A stretch of 64,000 nt of DNA from Heptranchias perlo (taxonomy: Eukaryota): positions 40,114,001 through 40,178,000 of the forward strand of contig NC_090338.1 in the NCBI RefSeq assembly GCF_035084215.1, given 5' to 3'. This document shows positions 61,858-64,000 of the stretch, piece after piece. Both the position numbers and the translations under genes were made by a program. The notes below the pieces were generated by a model that did no database searches, had not been told where the DNA came from, and was given only the letters and a program-made list of their open reading frames with translations. Position 1 is the stretch's first letter, and the number at the start of each line of letters is the position of its first letter.

Positions 61858-61867
61858 ACTTCAGGGC

Positions 61868-62400
61868 TGTAGGGAATTTAGGGTCTTTTCCAGAGATTCA
61901 TGGGCATGGACGATCGTTCAGACAAAGAAAGCCACTTAACACAGTAGTTTTGTGAATCGAAGTGATTCTTTATTTAGTGATTTAAAAGGAGCATATAGCA
62001 AGCATAAAGCAACTCAATCAATTCAAGGATTACTCTACCCGACAATACAAGTGGAGGTTCGCAACGTTCCTTATTTAATGATTTAAAAGAGCACATGAGC
62101 AGGCACAAAGCAAAGCGAGTAAGTAAAGGATACAATCTTATGCATAAAGCAGTCATCTAGGTCAAAGCAGTTGTTTAGATCCAAAAGTAGGAAGTTGATT
62201 ACTGTGGTAACAGGTGATGTGTCGAATGATGTGTCAGGTATTAGGTCGAGGTACCTTGGCTCATCAGCGTTTTCCTCTTTGTCCCATATTTTCTGAGTAT
62301 ACACTGGTGGCAAGGAATCTGGCCCACAGCCAGGGTATTTTGAAAATAATAGGCTCCTGTGATTCTTCTGATATCACACGTACCAACCCTCGCTGTTTCA
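61868..62400 (-). mobile_element. Probable solo LTR
   Basis: TGTAGGGAAT...TTTCA termini, AATAAA on minus at ~61959-61964, internal ~42-bp direct duplication, similarity to 17269-17380. No TSD found. Confidence 0.4.
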
Positions 62401-63299
62401 TGCTGAAAGTGTTTGTGGTGTTGTCAACATTTGCTGACAAAAATCATCACTTCCAGTGCTGCTTAGCTGGTCTTCCAAGGTCACACCAGAATGCTCTGCA
62501 AATTTTCTTCTGCAAATGTGCGCACCAGGGCTAGTGCACATGCGCACAACTGTGTGCCTGCACTGACTTGCCCATAATCTAAGATAGGCCTGGAATACCC
62601 TACAGTTCTCTTCGGTGCTTACTTGTATTGGAGCTTATATGCACATTTGCATAGGTGTTGCGCTGGCTTGGGATTAGACAGGCACCTGGCGGCAGGTAAG
62701 CAAAGCATTGTTCCCGCTGTATTAAATGTTTAATTAGGAGAAATGGAAGATTTCTGTGATCAAACTATGGTGAGCTCAACTTTTTTTTCCAGTAATCTTA
62801 CTAGGCAAAGCAGTAAACAATTATTCATGAAGATATTTCATCAAAAGTAGCCTATTTGTATGAGAATTTGGGAAATGAATATTCCTTGGTATTCACCTGA
62901 TACAACCCTTCAATTACCCAGGATCCTTAACATGGGTGAAACTATTCTAGTTTTCATGCCAACCATTAATATTACATGCTGGTACTGTTTGTAGAGTTGT
63001 ATCTTTGTATTAGCATTTGCTGACAAAAGTCCTGGCTGCTTGGTCAGTCTTCTGAGATCACATCAAAACGCTTAGCAATATTCTTCTGAGCCCATAAAGA
63101 CCAGAACTTGCACATGTCACGTGGGTCATGCTCTGGCTCATAATGAAATGACATCTGGTGCTGCGTAAGTACTTCAAACTTTCAGATGCAGATATACTGT
63201 AGAGACTGTTCATAGAAATTGTACTGGAGAGACTAAATGATGTAAAATGTATCCAAGGGTGATATGCAACGGATATTGAAGTAAAATACATAAGACAGT

Positions 63300-64000
63300 G
63301 ATTTAAAATGTAAAATCAGGGACATGATATACAGAGCTTACTTGTCAGCATATGACTACTGCTCTAGGCAAGAGGGAAATGGCATTAGACTTGGAGAACA
63401 GTTCTAGGATCTATTGACTTGTCTTGGAGCTACATCTTTTAAGACTGGTGAATAGGATTCTGTTTGAGGTGTGCATACTGTCAGTGTCCCGGTGTTCAAT
63501 GTAGTTTCTATGCATAGTGAGGGGATCCCAGTGCACCTGAATCGTGCAGAAATCTGTAGTTCTTCAGAGTGTTGTGGCATGCAAATTGGATGCTTTGGAA
63601 TGAGAAAGGAACAGGCTACATTTTGGTTGCATGAGGAATGCATAGAATATTTATCGCTTTGTATAAAATCACAGAGCATCATGAGGCTAAGGAGAATCCC
63701 CCTTGTTTTGTTTTCATCGATTTTAGTAAGGCTTTCAGTTGTGTGCCTCATGTGACCCTTTTGAAGAAGCATCAAATAATGGGAGTACATGGCCAAATCA
63801 TGGATATTATGCAAGCTTCAAGATCCATGTTAGGACAGATTGGAACCTCAATGAACTTATCATACTTGAAAGAGGAATGAGGCAAACTTGTCCACTGTCA
63901 CCTAACCTATTCAGTGTCTTTATTAATGATGTGTTGGATGGCATCGAAATTGACAGACTTCAGAGTTTCTCTTCTGAGAAAATTGCAGCACTCCTTTTCA
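63300..64000 (+). mobile_element. Decayed RTE/RTEX-like LINE RT
   Basis: CFVFIDFSKAFSCVPH and RQTCPLSPNLFSVFIND (RQGCxLSP-type motif, unlike CR1 PQGS). Confidence 0.65.

Noticed and set aside
1-64000. CRISPR arrays, prokaryotic operons or retron-like systems
   Set aside because: No regularly spaced repeats. All RT ORFs are eukaryotic LINE or retroviral types.

Overview
Eukaryotic, transposon-saturated window with no confidently identifiable host exon. The repeat content (CR1 LINEs with (ATTCTATG)n/(TTCTTATG)n tails, L2 tails, Deu-domain SINE, Harbinger elements, Penelope-like ends) suggests a cartilaginous fish; this is inference. Main contents: (1) At least five copies of a single-ORF APE-endonuclease/RT LINE on the minus strand. 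Its 5' end is a tRNA-derived Pol III head (A box, B box), and its sense strand has essentially no TTTT runs, so it is a candidate Pol III-transcribed autonomous retrotransposon and the strongest novelty here. (2) A degenerate ~9 kb endogenous retrovirus (2343-11522, minus) with LTRs, PBS, gag-CCHC, PR, RT, RNase H, IN and an unusual Cys-rich env that resembles F-type fusion proteins. (3) Penelope-like insertions carrying minimal hammerhead ribozymes, two of them long palindromes with one hammerhead on each strand. (4) Three near-identical young CR1 copies plus many older ones. (5) PIF/Harbinger elements and MITEs. (6) A perfect 132-bp inverted duplication at a CR1 5' junction. Coordinates were read by eye and old-element boundaries are approximate.
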